Shown: positions 1-11,548 of the stretch, piece after piece
Layout of the letters: each line of letters begins with the position of its first letter
How positions within the stretch are numbered: position 1 is the stretch's first letter
NCBI GenBank assembly: GCA_030141605.1
Contig: JAQGDQ010001027.1
Coordinates: 1-48,668 of the forward strand
Source of the DNA: Tubiluchus corallicola
Lineage: Eukaryota > Animalia > Priapulida
Direction: 5' to 3'
DNA length: 48,668 bases
Notes under the pieces: generated by a model
Database searches by the model: none
Seen by the model: only the letters and a program-made list of their open reading frames with translations
What the model was told of the DNA's origin: nothing
Made by a program: the position numbers and the translations under genes

Positions 1-235
1 TATCTTAATCCCTAAAGGCATAAAAACTAATGACAAAAAAACAGAAATCAACACAATACACAATATAAAAGTGATTCTAAAACTTTTTACAGGCGCATAG
101 TAACAATGGAAGCCACTTGAAATATGAAATTTAAAATTATACCATGTCATTAAATAAATAAACCACATTTGTTCCAATAAATCTGGTGTATTTTTTGTTT
201 AAATCTACTGTATACTAATTTCGGTGGTTTCTGGA

Positions 236-241
236 TATATA

Positions 242-293
<52 letters not shown>

Positions 294-409
294 AGTATAT
301 GTATATGTATATATGTATCTGTATCTGTATCTGTATCTGTATCTGTATCTGTATCTGTATCTGTATCTGTATCTGTATCTGTATCTGTATCTGTATCTGT
401 ATCTGTATC

Positions 410-464
<55 letters not shown>

Positions 465-468
465 ATAT
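236..468. repeat. Compound hexanucleotide microsatellite (TATATG)n(TATCTG)n(TATATG)n
   Basis: Directly visible. The partner at ~15268-15398 has only (TATATG)n. Confidence 0.97.
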
Positions 469-759
469 TAATTAATATCAATAATGTTACAGTTCTTAAT
501 CGTTGCCCAGATGTTTATCTATTATGTGCGCCCGGACTTCATTGCTTAGCGAGTGCGAATGTGGTTTACTGCATGCCTTGCAGCTACCGTGGTATCCTCT
601 AACGTAAAGGATTATTTTCTTCTCAGTAAATGTATGCAATAATAAACCACGATAATTAATATACATATTGTAATATATACATAGTATAATTGAAATATAA
701 TACATAAATATTATATATATATATATATTTGTGAATAGGCCTATATGTATATGTATATT

Positions 760-859
760 CAAATAAGCAGAGACCTCTAAAGCTGTTACGTTGAGGCTGC
801 AGCATTGAATTCAAAGCTGCTGTCCCAACGTAACAGGTTTAGAGGCCTTTGCTTATTTG
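760..859. repeat. 100-bp imperfect palindrome (hairpin/MITE-like); second copy 15691-15790
   Basis: caaataagca...tgcttatttg, cctctaaa...tttagagg and ctgttacgttg...caacgtaacag pair around a central gaattc. Confidence 0.9.
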
Positions 860-1082
860 CTGTCTTGAAAAATGCTATTTTTCTCTTTTTTGAACATAAT
901 AAGTATAATTTTTAAGTATCCCCTCCTATCTCTAATTAGATATCGATTGTTGTTGTACAATAAGGTACGCTGGGTTCTGGTCCTGGGTCCTGGCAATCAT
1001 AATAATAAACCAAGTGACAGTAGCATCAAAATAGACGTCAGAGAAACGTGCTTTACTTTCGTACGACAAACGATACAAGAAA

Positions 1083-1774
1083 TTAAAGGAAAACAGGATG
1101 ATTTTTCATATCCTACGCCATTTTGAAGTACCGTAAAATGTCTGCATTTTAACACATATAATAAGGCCAAAGCATTTCTGATAATTATATAACACGTTAA
1201 AAACTTAATCAACGGTGGGCGAGCCCAAGTATTGATGCATAACAAACTAACATAATTTTTAACAGGAAAAAAATTCCACGAGCGCGTTGCACGTGTTTGT
1301 GAAAGAGAAAATTGAAGTAAAGTGCTACTGTAAGAGATTCAGTGTGTCGTAATAAAACTAGACAAGCTTTAAGATAAAAACTCATGAGTTGTCGAACGTG
1401 AGCAGTCTAAATAAAGTTAAAAAAGGGACTTAAAATTTTACATTATTTGCACGCTGTCTTGTTGCTCACAGGGCTTGCGTTAGTCTAAAATTTAAATTTT
1501 AAATTTACCGCTGTGCTCATGCGCGAGCTCTCTAACGTGTGTATTACGTCACAAACGAACAGCTCTGAAGGTGCAGAACCTGTTTTCCACGCAACGCGTT
1601 TCCGCTAGTGCCCATCTAAATGACGAAATGCATATAACAGCGAAGAACTAGCCACGGGAACACGAAATTACTTCTGTGTAGTAATAATTCTTTCACGTAA
1701 GTCATTCTTTAAGAAACAGCATGTTTCCTTTCAATATTTTAAAGAGTAGATTGTTTTGACCTACAGTTTAAGAT
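1083..1774 (+). mobile_element. Kolobok/T2-like MITE family A, right terminus lost at the rearrangement junction
   Basis: Starts TTAA-AGGAAAACAGGATG. Identical to 16014-16725 until ...cagtttaagat, where the final ~20 bp are replaced by the inverted arm. Confidence 0.85.
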
Positions 1775-2065
1775 ATTAAATTTGCAGTCACTTCTATCTA
1801 CAGGTTGGTTGGATTTCAATTTTTCTACGTAATCAAAGTGACTTTATTACAGTTGTCAAGTCAAATTTTCTTTTGCTCAACAAACGTTGCGAAAAAGTTG
1901 AAAAATTCAAATCAACTTCCTCTTCATTTCCTTTGACGCCCAAAAGCCACTTTGACGTTTCTATTTTTCTTTGCGGAACGTTTTTGATCCTCTTCGCCCT
2001 TGATTGTGTGATGATATAGGACCTAATTGCATTCCCGTATAAAAACCCTCACTTCTCCCAGAGAA

Positions 2066-2392
2066 GGAAGAAAACGTGTCCTTTAAATCTCAAAAAAACT
2101 TTATTTTTCTAGAAGCTTTCGTCGACTTCGTCAGCTATAAGGTAGAATTATACAATTATAAAAATCATAAAAATTACGGATAAAACTACATGTAAAGTGT
2201 GAGCATACAATAACATTAAAATAAGAGATACAAGATTCGTTGTGTACTTTTACGTTACGTGTAGTTTTATCTGTAATTTTTATGATTTTTTATAATTTTA
2301 TTTCTACCTTATAGCTGACAAAGTCCGTAAAGGACGAAAGCTTCTGGAAAATAAAAGTTTTTTTGACATATTAAGAACACTTTCTTTTCCTT
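2066..2392. mobile_element. ~325-bp hairpin (MITE-like) with ~125-bp imperfect inverted arms; mirrored at ~14418-14745
   Basis: tcagctataaggtagaa...aaaatcataaaaattac-gataaaactaca is reverse-complemented by tgtagttttatc-gtaatttttatgatttt...ttctaccttatagctga. Confidence 0.8.
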
Positions 2393-2882
2393 ATTATGTC
2401 AAGTCTCAGAAGTGCACAATCTTATTATGACCCTGAAGAGTTTGATTTGGCGTGGAAAGTGCACATTTATATGCATTGGCTCTGCCGCGAAGTGAGTGGA
2501 TGTAGAAGTGTTAAGCCAACACGTGCGCGCTGAATTGCATTCAGGTCTTTGTTAAAAAAACGCACAATGAGTTCGTTCTAACGTACAGATACATGGAAAC
2601 TATTTTAGACGCTAGGTGTTTGCGTTACGTTGAAGAAGCCGCGAGGCTTGCAGGATGGAGATAACCTTGATGACTTCGTTTTATACGAGTTTTTCCTGGA
2701 AATCGACTCCATTCCGTGTTAAGTGATTGCTGTTTGCTTGACGTGAGAGAAAATGAGAAGTTTTACAACGAAAAATTTGTATTCCAGGAAAATTTGAAGG
2801 GATTTAAGAATGATAACTAATCGTTTTGCAAATACCTGTTGAATTTTGCACAGTAAAGTATATTTTTGTTAGGTAAAAAGTT

Positions 2883-3408
2883 CCAGAAGAGGTTTTAGAG
2901 GCAATAAAAACTTTGAAGAATGGAAAAAAACCCAGGTATGGGTAATCTTGTAGCAGAACAGCTAAAGCATGGGCCGAAGTTCATTAGCATTGAAATATCA
3001 AACTTATTAAATACTATTACAAAAACAAGAAACTGTCTAAAAGAAAGAAGTTAAACAGGGGATATTAGTGCCTATTCCAAAGCCTAAAAAAGAAAAAAAA
3101 TGAAGACCAGTTGTACTGGTGAGTTTGTTAAGGAAAATCTTGGATACATGCATGATCAGACAGACAGATTAAATGGTAGCTACCAAGTCAAGCTGCATAT
3201 AGGAAGCGACGAAGCATCACTGAACTAGCAATATCAGCAAAGATATTAGCAGAAAAAGATGCTATATCCAGTTCTTATGAAATCTCGATTTTGTTACTTA
3301 ATATGAGCAAGGCGTTTGATACTGTAGAGAGAGCAATTCTCTTCCATGACCTACAAACTGAACTACAACTAGATGAAATGCACGTTATTACAGTTCTACT
3401 AAAGGCTG
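2883..3408 (+). pseudogene. Decayed non-LTR retrotransposon reverse-transcriptase fragment (N-terminal RT blocks)
   Basis: Manual translation across frameshifts gives EEVLEAIKTLKNGK..., NLVAEQLKHGP, GILVPIPKPKK, RPVVLVSLLRKIL, QAAYRKRRSITE and LLLNMSKAFDTVER. These match the LINE RT motifs K.PG.D...E, RPI.L.S...K, Q..FR..RS and D..KAFD.V. Confidence 0.85.
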
Positions 3409-3981
3409 TTAAAGCAAAACCGGACCCAATCTTAAACTGTAGGTCCAAACAATCCATTTTTTAAAATATTGAAAGGAAACTTACTATTTTTTCAAAAATG
3501 ATTTACGTGAAAGAATTATTACCACACAAACGCAATTTCACGTTTGCGCCACTAGTTCTTTGCTGTTACATACATTAAACCATTCGCTAGTTAGACGGGC
3601 ACTAGCGTCTGCATTTCGGAAATGCATTCCACAAAAACCAGATGCTGTACCTCACATAACAGATGATGTGTTAGTTTGTGACGTTTTTATCTTAAAACCT
3701 GCCTAGTTTTAGTACAACACACTGAATATCTTACAGTGGTACTGTACTTCAATTTTCGCTTTGAGAAACACGTGCAACACGCTCGTGGAATATTTTTGCT
3801 GTATAAAATTATGTTAGTTTGTGACGTCATCAATAGTTGGGCTCGCCAGTCGTTAATTGAGTTTTTAATCTATAATTTAATTATCAGAACCGCTTTAGCA
3901 GTATGAATTGTGATAAAATGTATACTTTTTATCGGATTTGAAAATGGGTAGTATATGAAAAGTCATCCTGTCTTCCCTTAA
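3409..3981 (-). mobile_element. Kolobok/T2-like MITE family A, full length, inserted at the end of the RT fragment
   Basis: TTAA at both ends (3409-3412, 3978-3981); termini AGCAAAACCGGA / TCCTGTCTTCCC; colinear with the other copies. Confidence 0.85.
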
Positions 3982-4480
3982 ACTTCCTGTAAACCTGCCT
4001 AGCCTAGTTTTACATAAGAAGTATGCCTATAGGCCAAAGAGTTAAATTGCCTATCTAGTTTACGTGCGCGTAGGGTTCCCCAGCGTCGTGGTTAATTTCG
4101 CTCGCGTGTGAACAGAGAAATTTGTTGATTGAGTCGATTTTTAGGAACGCATCAAACTGAAATTACATGATTCCCAATAGTCCGCATTTGCTACAATAGC
4201 GGGTTTTGTTGTCTACGAACCATGTTAGAACATTTATTGAGTTGTGCTGTATTTCAGCGAGACTTTCATTGTGATTCATAATTGAAGTATTAACGTTTAC
4301 TAAGTTTGAGAATAATGGCAGTTTTATATCCAATTACAAAACACTAATTCTTTTGGTGGTCCCAGTTATTCTATCTATTGTTGCTCTGTCCCATAATATA
4401 ATCGTATTAGAGAATATTTTCACTCACTGCACCAGGAATTCAGAATCGACAGAACCCATTTAATGTAGATTGCAGCAGAA

Positions 4481-4506
4481 CATCATCATCGTCATCATCA
4501 TCATCG

Positions 4507-4547
<41 letters not shown>

Positions 4548-4572
4548 ATCATCGTCATCATCATCATCATCA
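4481..4572. repeat. (CAT/CGT)n trinucleotide tract; shorter mirror at ~12285-12333
   Basis: Directly visible. Confidence 0.95.
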
Positions 4573-4877
4573 TACGCCCGTCATGTCTATTGTAGACATT
4601 GGGCAGGCAGAATTCTAAAATAAAAGAAATCTGCCTTCAGACAGGTAAACGCAGCAGTAACCCAGCAAAAAACCTAGACACTGCTACGCCAGTGGCTTGT
4701 CAGCACCGCTTCCGTTCCTGAACCTGAATTCGGGTTGTTTATGGGCAATAGTGGAGATCTTATCTGCAGTTACAAACTGCGTTGTGATTGCCATTTCATT
4801 TACCTAAAGATGGCTGACGTACATTAGTGGAAATCTTATCCTCACCGTAAAATTGCTTTTGCAGTTTGTATGCATGC

Positions 4878-5461
4878 GAAGTTTCGGCAATGAATCAGTA
4901 AGTTTAACGTACAATAGCGGAAATCTTATCCGTATATTAAAATGTTCTATGCAGTGTGTTGTACGTTACTAGTGGAAATTTTATCCTCACTGTAAAATAG
5001 AAGTTTCGGCAATGAATCAGTAAGTTTAACGTACAATAGCGGAAATCTTATCCGTATATTAAAATGTTCTATGCAGTGTGTTGTACGTTACTAGTGGAAA
5101 TTTTATCCTCACTGTAAAATAGAAGTTTCGTCAATGAATCAGTAAGTTTAACGTACAATAGCGGAAATCTTATCCGTATATTAAAATGCTCTATGCAGTG
5201 CGTGTGTACGTTACTATTGGAAATTTTATCCTCACTGTAAAATGGAAGTTTCGCCAATGAGTCGGTAAGTTTAACGTACAATAGCGGGAATCTTATCCGT
5301 ATATTAAAATGTTCTCTGCAGTGCGTGTGTACGTTACTATTGGAAATTTTATCCTCACTGTAAAATGGAAGTTTCGCCAATGAAGCAGTAAGTTTAACGT
5401 ACAATAGCGGGAATCTTATCCGTATATTAAAATGTTCTATGCAGTGCGTGTGTACGTTACT
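4878..5461. repeat. ~122-bp tandem repeat, ~4.8 copies (about 2.7 copies in the right arm, ~11645-11990)
   Basis: The unit aagtttcg..aatgaatcagtaagtttaacgtacaatagcgg.aatcttatccgtatattaaaatg... recurs every 122-123 bp. Each unit has two related halves ending ggaaat(c/t)ttatcc. Confidence 0.93.
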
Positions 5462-5592
5462 ATCCACAGTGAAAAACGCTAAACACGTGTGGCTGACATA
5501 GATGATGTACTCAAAAATAAGGTGCATGATACGCTGCTGCCCTCTATGAATTTTGTATAACTTAAGCGGTTATACTTTAATTAAAGTTCTCC

Positions 5593-6056
5593 ATAGCCCG
5601 TTCAGCGGAGGGTGTCATAGGCATATTTAGAATTCGTAACTGGCGTTTTCCCCGACCCAACTCGCGATTTTTTCGAAATTTTTCTCAAACAACCTGTAGA
5701 AAAAGCGTTCTAGCGGTGCCTGGTGGGACTTTCGGAAGGAGATATATAGCTCTTTAGAAAGAAGAAGAACAGGGCTACACGATGGTGTGGGCTATATTTT
5801 AGGACAGGTCCACCAAGAGGAGTGACGACGAGTTAATTAGATGTTCTATTTTCGGCAATTTTCGCTTAGAAAACTGCTGACGCAAAGCCATTGTTATGAC
5901 GTCATCCATTGTACTCTGTCTATAACCTTATAACTTTAATTCAGTAAAAGCTGCTGCTGCTGGCTTTGCGTTAAAAACGAGGACTAGGTAGAATGTTCGC
6001 GTATTATTGATTATACGTGTATTTGTACGCAAAATTTTTTGCGGGGCCTTTGCTAG
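5593..6056 (+). mobile_element. Non-autonomous Helitron-like element (~470 bp)
   Basis: Ends in hairpin cgcaaaa-tt-ttttgcg, then 9 nt, then CTAG followed by T. Further copies at 11083-11548(-) and 33473-33953(-). No 5' TC seen. Confidence 0.65.
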
Positions 6057-6879
6057 TAGTTTAATTAAAGTTCTCCATTGACGTGCTGCTGTGCTAGACA
6101 CGCTTTGCTGTTGAACTATCACGAGCCTTTAAGCAAGAAAATACCAAGCTGCTGATTGGAAGCGACCGACACGTGTCATTTATTATATCATTACTGAACA
6201 AGTAGACTGGCAACTTAAACATTCGTGTTGTCTGACAAAGATTACTTTCTACCGAGGCGGTCGCTTTCGAATCAAACACTACGTTCTACGTGTCTCGAAT
6301 GTTTGCTTCCGAATCGAGATCGACCTCCGATGCTCCGATGTTAGACCAGCTGGGTGGACGATGGCGATCTCCCTATACGCATTAGTATGGCTTCTGTTTG
6401 GATAGGGTGTTTATGTTGCCCCAGTTTTGGCTTCCCGGCGCGTGTCATCTGAGATCACAGATATTAATGTTGACACGTTTTCTTGCAAATTAACTGTCTG
6501 CAGGGGATAATTCCTAGTTTTTTCCCCTGCTGGATTCGTTAGATTTCATTTTGTGGTTTTGTTAGTGACAAGGGCGGCACGCTGTGCTTTGAGGGGGGAG
6601 GGAGATTAAGCTGGCGATGATGATGCACGGCTAAACGATTTCATTTTCAGAAGCTGCAGTTTGTTTAGTTTACTGAAATAGCTTAAAACAGCGTAAACAT
6701 CGTCTCACGACCAGCTGGGGAAAAAATTAGAAACCCTTTGGTAAATTTCGATCAGTAATCTCAGTTTGTCGTGTTGCTATAGGTTTCGTTTGTAAACAGC
6801 CTTCACTAGTAACCCTAGAATTTAGTTTTCGAATCAATTCTGATTACAAAATTCCAATCTAGATGGTGACGCAAGCATG

Positions 6880-7702
6880 AGCAATGACGTCACAGATATA
6901 ACTAAATGTTTCAGTGCCAATGACATCACAGACACAACTAAATGTAGCAGTGCCAATGACATCACAGACACAACTAAATGTAGCAGTGCCAATGACATCT
7001 CAGACACAACTAAATGTAGCAGTGCCAATGACATCACAGACACAACTAAATGTAGCAGTGCCAATGACATCACAGACATAACTAAATGTAGCAGTGCCAA
7101 TGACATCACAGACACAACTAAATGTAGCAGTGCCAATGACATCACAGACACAACTAAATGTAGCAGTGCCAATGACATCACAGACACAACTAAATGTAGC
7201 AGTGCCAATGACATCACAGACACAACTAAATGTAGCAGTGCCAATGACATCTCAGACACAACTAAATGTAGCAGTGCCAATGACATCACAGACACAACTA
7301 AATGTAGCACTGCCAATGACATCACAGACACAACTAAATGTAGCAGTGCCAATGACATCACAGACACAACTAAATGTAGCAGTGCCAATGACATCACAGA
7401 CACAACTAAATGTAGCACTGCCAATGACATCACAGACACAACTAAATGTAGCAGTGCCAATGACATCACAGACACAACTAAATGTAGCAGTGCCAATGAC
7501 ATCACAGACACAACTAAATGTAGCAGTGCCAATGACATCACAGACACAACTAAATGTAGCAGTGCCAATGACATCACAGACACAACTAAATGTAGCAGTG
7601 CCAATGACATCTCAGACATAACTAAATGTAGCAGTGCCAATGACATCACAGACACAACTAAACGTTGCAGTGCCAATGACATCACAGACACAACTAAATG
7701 TA
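6880..7702 (+). repeat. 36-bp minisatellite, ~23 copies
   Basis: Unit agtgccaatgacatcacagacacaactaaatgtagc. Confidence 0.98.
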
Positions 7703-8459
7703 ATAGATATTAAAGACCATTATTATGATTACGCAAGAATTCACAGTTATTATTAAACAAAAGAAACTTATTATTGAATAATTTACCTTTTTCTGGTGAA
7801 TTTCGAACGCATAAATTGTCATAAGGATCGCCATGTTTCACGTCTTTGGCGCGAGTGAGCGAGAATGACGTACGAGGTACCGAAAGCGTCTTTGGTTACC
7901 GATGTTTGTTTACCGATCTTTGGTGACCTCGTGACTGCACTCATTACGTCATTCGTCTCGCGCAACGAAAAATGGCGTTTCTTCAAATTTAAACAACGAG
8001 GTGATAAAAAATAAAAAAACAAGTTTTACAGTAAATATATAATAAAATAAAATCGAATATTCGTAATCAGAGTAGGATTTTAAGTTGTAAAAGCTTGTGC
8101 TATAGTGAGACTTGACTTTGCATTAACTTTGACAGGCATTTTGTTAGCGAGATTTCCATTTTCTACCCTTGCAAATTTAATCTATTTCTTCCAATTATTT
8201 CTCTATAAAACGTATGAAGTTTTCTGCAGCAAAAATTCGTTTTAGAGACTGAATGGTGATATTTTCATAACATAAAGGAAAGAACAAGCCACTCAGTATG
8301 TTGGGTTTATTTTACGGTTATCATGTATGTTACTTATGTTACTTAGAAGTATATAATAAAGATATTCGCAAAGAACTTTCTATGAAGCATAGGTTTAAAA
8401 TATACCACCTTTGAATAGAAATTTTCAGGCGTGGTGGTTCCCGCCATTCACTTGAAAAT

Positions 8460-8825
8460 CATGACGTAACTGGGAGACTTCGTGACTCTAGCGGTGCTCT
8501 ACTTAAACTAATTCAGACTTCTGCAGCTGACCTAATGTTCACGCAAAAGTATTACAAAATTAGGTTACTAATCTTTCTGTAAAAACTTATTATACTTTTG
8601 ATGAAGATTAACAGTGCGCTACTTTTCTTCAAGATGAATGACGTCATTGGAAGAAGAATGGACATTGAAAATGGAAGCGTCCAAGCATGAAGTGATCACG
8701 ACTTTAAAGTGATTTTACTAATTACACGAGGCGCTTATTACAGTTTTTTTTACTAAATCCTTTTAACATTTTCTCGTACATTTATAATAAGCCTAACCTC
8801 CTAAAACGGTTGACTTTTCCTTTAA
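8460..8825 (-). mobile_element. TTAA-AGG-terminated element family B (Kolobok-like), partial; partner 29668-30060
   Basis: Reverse complement begins TTAA-AGGAAAAGTCAA and aligns over more than 300 bp to 29668 onward. Confidence 0.7.
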
Positions 8826-8863
8826 TGTCTAAATGAGCTAGAGAAAATTAGCGTTAGAGAGGA

Positions 8864-9020
8864 AAACATGGGAGATAAAGTCGACCTCCTAGAGCACCAT
8901 CTCTCCGTCAGCATCACTTCCGAGAAACATTTTTTATAGTTGTCGGTCCACGCGAAACATGGCAGATAAAGTCGACCTCCTAGACCGCCCTCGTCAGCAC
9001 CACTTCCGAGAAACATTTCT
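8864..9020. repeat. Local direct duplication of ~65 bp
   Basis: aaacatgg.agataaagtcgacctcctaga...cgtcagca.cacttccgagaaacattt occurs twice, ~91 bp apart. Confidence 0.85.
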
Positions 9021-9616
9021 ACATCGATTTGGCCTAATCCCTTCAATTTCTGGTTTTTATCCGCGTTGATTTACAGCATTCATCAATCATCACTTAGCAT
9101 TTACATCTTTTAAAGTGATTTTCGATAATGACAAATTGCGCTAAACACACGCGCCGAGTGTAATGCTAAACTGCTCGTTTGCGCCATAATGTATTCAATA
9201 GCGGGAATCTTCTGCTAAACTGTTCCGCGGACAAGAAACGAAAATGAGCGGGAAAAGCCAATAAGACGATGATTTTCAGCTGAATTGATGATGATGATGG
9301 AAGGGTTTGTGTCGGGCAGATATTTCTCATACATAACAAGTTTGAATGGTAAATGAAGTATGGAAGCTCGTGAGTGCAGTCTTCATAATAACAACTTACT
9401 TTAATAGCCCGTATAGAAATATTATGATTTATGAAGCCAGTTTTTTTAACAGTATGATGTTGCTCAAATAATGTTGGATTCTCCACAGTGGCGTAGCTAA
9501 TGTGGGTGGGGGAGGGGTTAGGGCAGCAACCGCTCCCCCAGAGCATGTAGTGGCGCTTTTGCAACAATGAACTCATTACTTTATTTGTCCTGCCTCCCGT
9601 GTTTTTGAAATGAGCG

Positions 9617-10259
9617 TACATTTAGTTGTGTCTGTGATGTCATTGGCAGTGCTACATTTAGTTGTGTCTGTGATGTCATTGGCACTGCTACATTTAGTTG
9701 TGTCTGTGATGTCATTGGCACTGCTACATTTAGTTGTGTCTGTGATGTCATTGGCACTGCTACATTTAGTTGTGTCTGTGATGTCATTGGCACTGCTACA
9801 TTTAGTTGTGTCTGTGATGTCATTGGCAGTGCTACATTTAGTTGTGTCTGTGATGTCATTGGCACTGCTACATTTAGTTGTGTCTGTGATGTCATTGGCA
9901 CTGCTACATTTAGTTGTGTCTGTGATGTCATTGGCACTGCTACATTTAGTTGTGTCTGTGATGTCATTGGCACTGCTACATTTAGTTGTGTCTGTGATGT
10001 CATTGGCACTGCTACATTTAGTTGTGTCTGTGATGTCATTGGCACTGCTACATTTAGTTGTGTCTGTGATGTCATTGGCACTGCTACATTTAGTTGTGTC
10101 TGTGATGTCATTGGCACTGCTACATTTAGTTGTGTCTGTGATGTCATTGGCACTGCTACATTTAGTTGTGTCTGAGATGTCATTGGCACTGCTACATTTA
10201 GTTATATCTGTGCCGTCATTGGCACTGAAACATTTAGTTATATCTGTGACGTCATTGCT
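9617..10259 (-). repeat. 36-bp minisatellite, ~18 copies (inverted)
   Basis: Unit gctacatttagttgtgtctgtgatgtcattggcact. Confidence 0.98.
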
Positions 10260-11082
10260 CATGTTTGCGTCACCATCTAGATTGGAATTTTGTAATCAGA
10301 ATTGATTCGAAAACTAAATTCTAGGGTTACTAGTGAAGGCTGTTTACAAACGAAGCCTATAGCAACACGACAAACTGAGATTACTGATCGAAATTTACCA
10401 AAGGGTTTCTAATTTTTTCCCCAGCTGGTCGTGAGACGATGTTTACGCTGTTTTAAGCTATTTCAGTAAACTAAACAAACTGCAGCTTCTGAAAATGAAA
10501 TCGTTTAGGCGTGCATCATCATCGCCAGCTTAATCTCCCTCCCCCCTCAAAGCACAGCGTGCCGCCCTTGTCACTAACAAAACCACAAAATGAAATCTAA
10601 CGTATCCAGCAGGGGAAAAAACTAGGAATTATCCCCTGCAGACAGTTAATTTGCAAGAAAACGTGTCAACATTAATATCTGTGATCTCAGATGACACGCG
10701 CCGGGAAGCCAAAACTGGGGCAACATAAACACCCTATCCAAACAGAAGCCATACTAATGCGTATAGGGAGATCGCCATCGTCCACCCAGCTGGTCTAACA
10801 TCGGAGCATCGGAGGTCGATCTCGATTCGGAAGCAAACATTCGAGACACGTAGAACGTAGTGTTTGATTCGAAAGCGACCGCCTCGGTAGAAAGTAATCT
10901 TTGTCAGACAACACGAATGTTTAAGTTGCCAGTCTACTTGTTCAGTAATGATATAATAAATGACACGTGTCGGTCGCTTCCAATCAGCAGCTTGGTATTT
11001 TCTTGCTTAAAGGCTCGTGATAGTTCAACAGCAAAGCGTGTCTAGCACAGCAGCACGTCAATGGAGAACTTTAATTAAACTA

Positions 11083-11548
11083 CTAGCAAAGGCCCCGCAA
11101 AACATTTTGCGTATAAATACACGTATAATCAATAATACGCGAACATTCTACCTAGTCCTCGTTTTTATCACGCAAAACCAGCAGCAGCAGCTTTTACTGA
11201 ATTAAAGCTATAAGATTATAGGCAGAGTACAATGGATGACGTCAGAACAATGGCTTTGCGTCAGCAGTTTTCTAAGCGAAAATTGCCGAAAATAGAACAT
11301 CTAATTAACTCGTCGTCACTCCTCTTGGTGGACGTGTCCTAAAATATAGCCCACATCATCGTGTAGCCCTGTTCTTCCTCTTTCTAAAGAGCTATATATC
11401 TCCTTCCGAGAGTCCCACCAGGCGCCGCTAGAACGTTTTTTCTACAGGCTGTTTGAGAAAAATTTCGAAAAATCGCGTTGGGTCCGGGAAAACGCCCGTT
11501 ACGGGAAGCCGTGGCCCTCTCGCGAATTCTAAATATGCCTATGACACC
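11083..11548 (-). mobile_element. Helitron-like element, right-arm copy, 5' end deleted
   Basis: a-CTAG-caaaggccccgcaaaacattttgcg; aligns to 33473-33935. Confidence 0.65.

Larger units (their letters stand above)
1..1774 (+). repeat. Direct segmental duplication, block B copy 1 (partner 15034-16705)
   Basis: Near base-for-base match to 15034-16705. ORFs 496/872/997 recur identically at 15427/15803/15928 (offset 14931). Differences seen: the microsatellite, a change near 132 and one near 1511. Confidence 0.97.
1768..7702. repeat. Left arm of giant inverted repeat
   Basis: Reverse complement of 9617-15041 along its whole length; e.g. ORF 6094-6279(-) is identical to ORF 10860-11045(+). Confidence 0.97.

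Noticed and set aside
6877-7713. 278-aa ORF of SANDITDTTKCS repeats (and mirror 9576-10262), superficially like 12-residue Thr/Cys antifreeze or adhesive repeats
   Set aside because: The 36-bp unit is stop-free in several frames on both strands. The recurrent unit variants change amino acids rather than silent sites. There is no signal peptide or unique domain.
9486-9560. CAGTGGCGTAGC motif resembling a MITE terminus (related motifs near 4683 and 12164)
   Set aside because: No correctly oriented partner end or TSD could be found.
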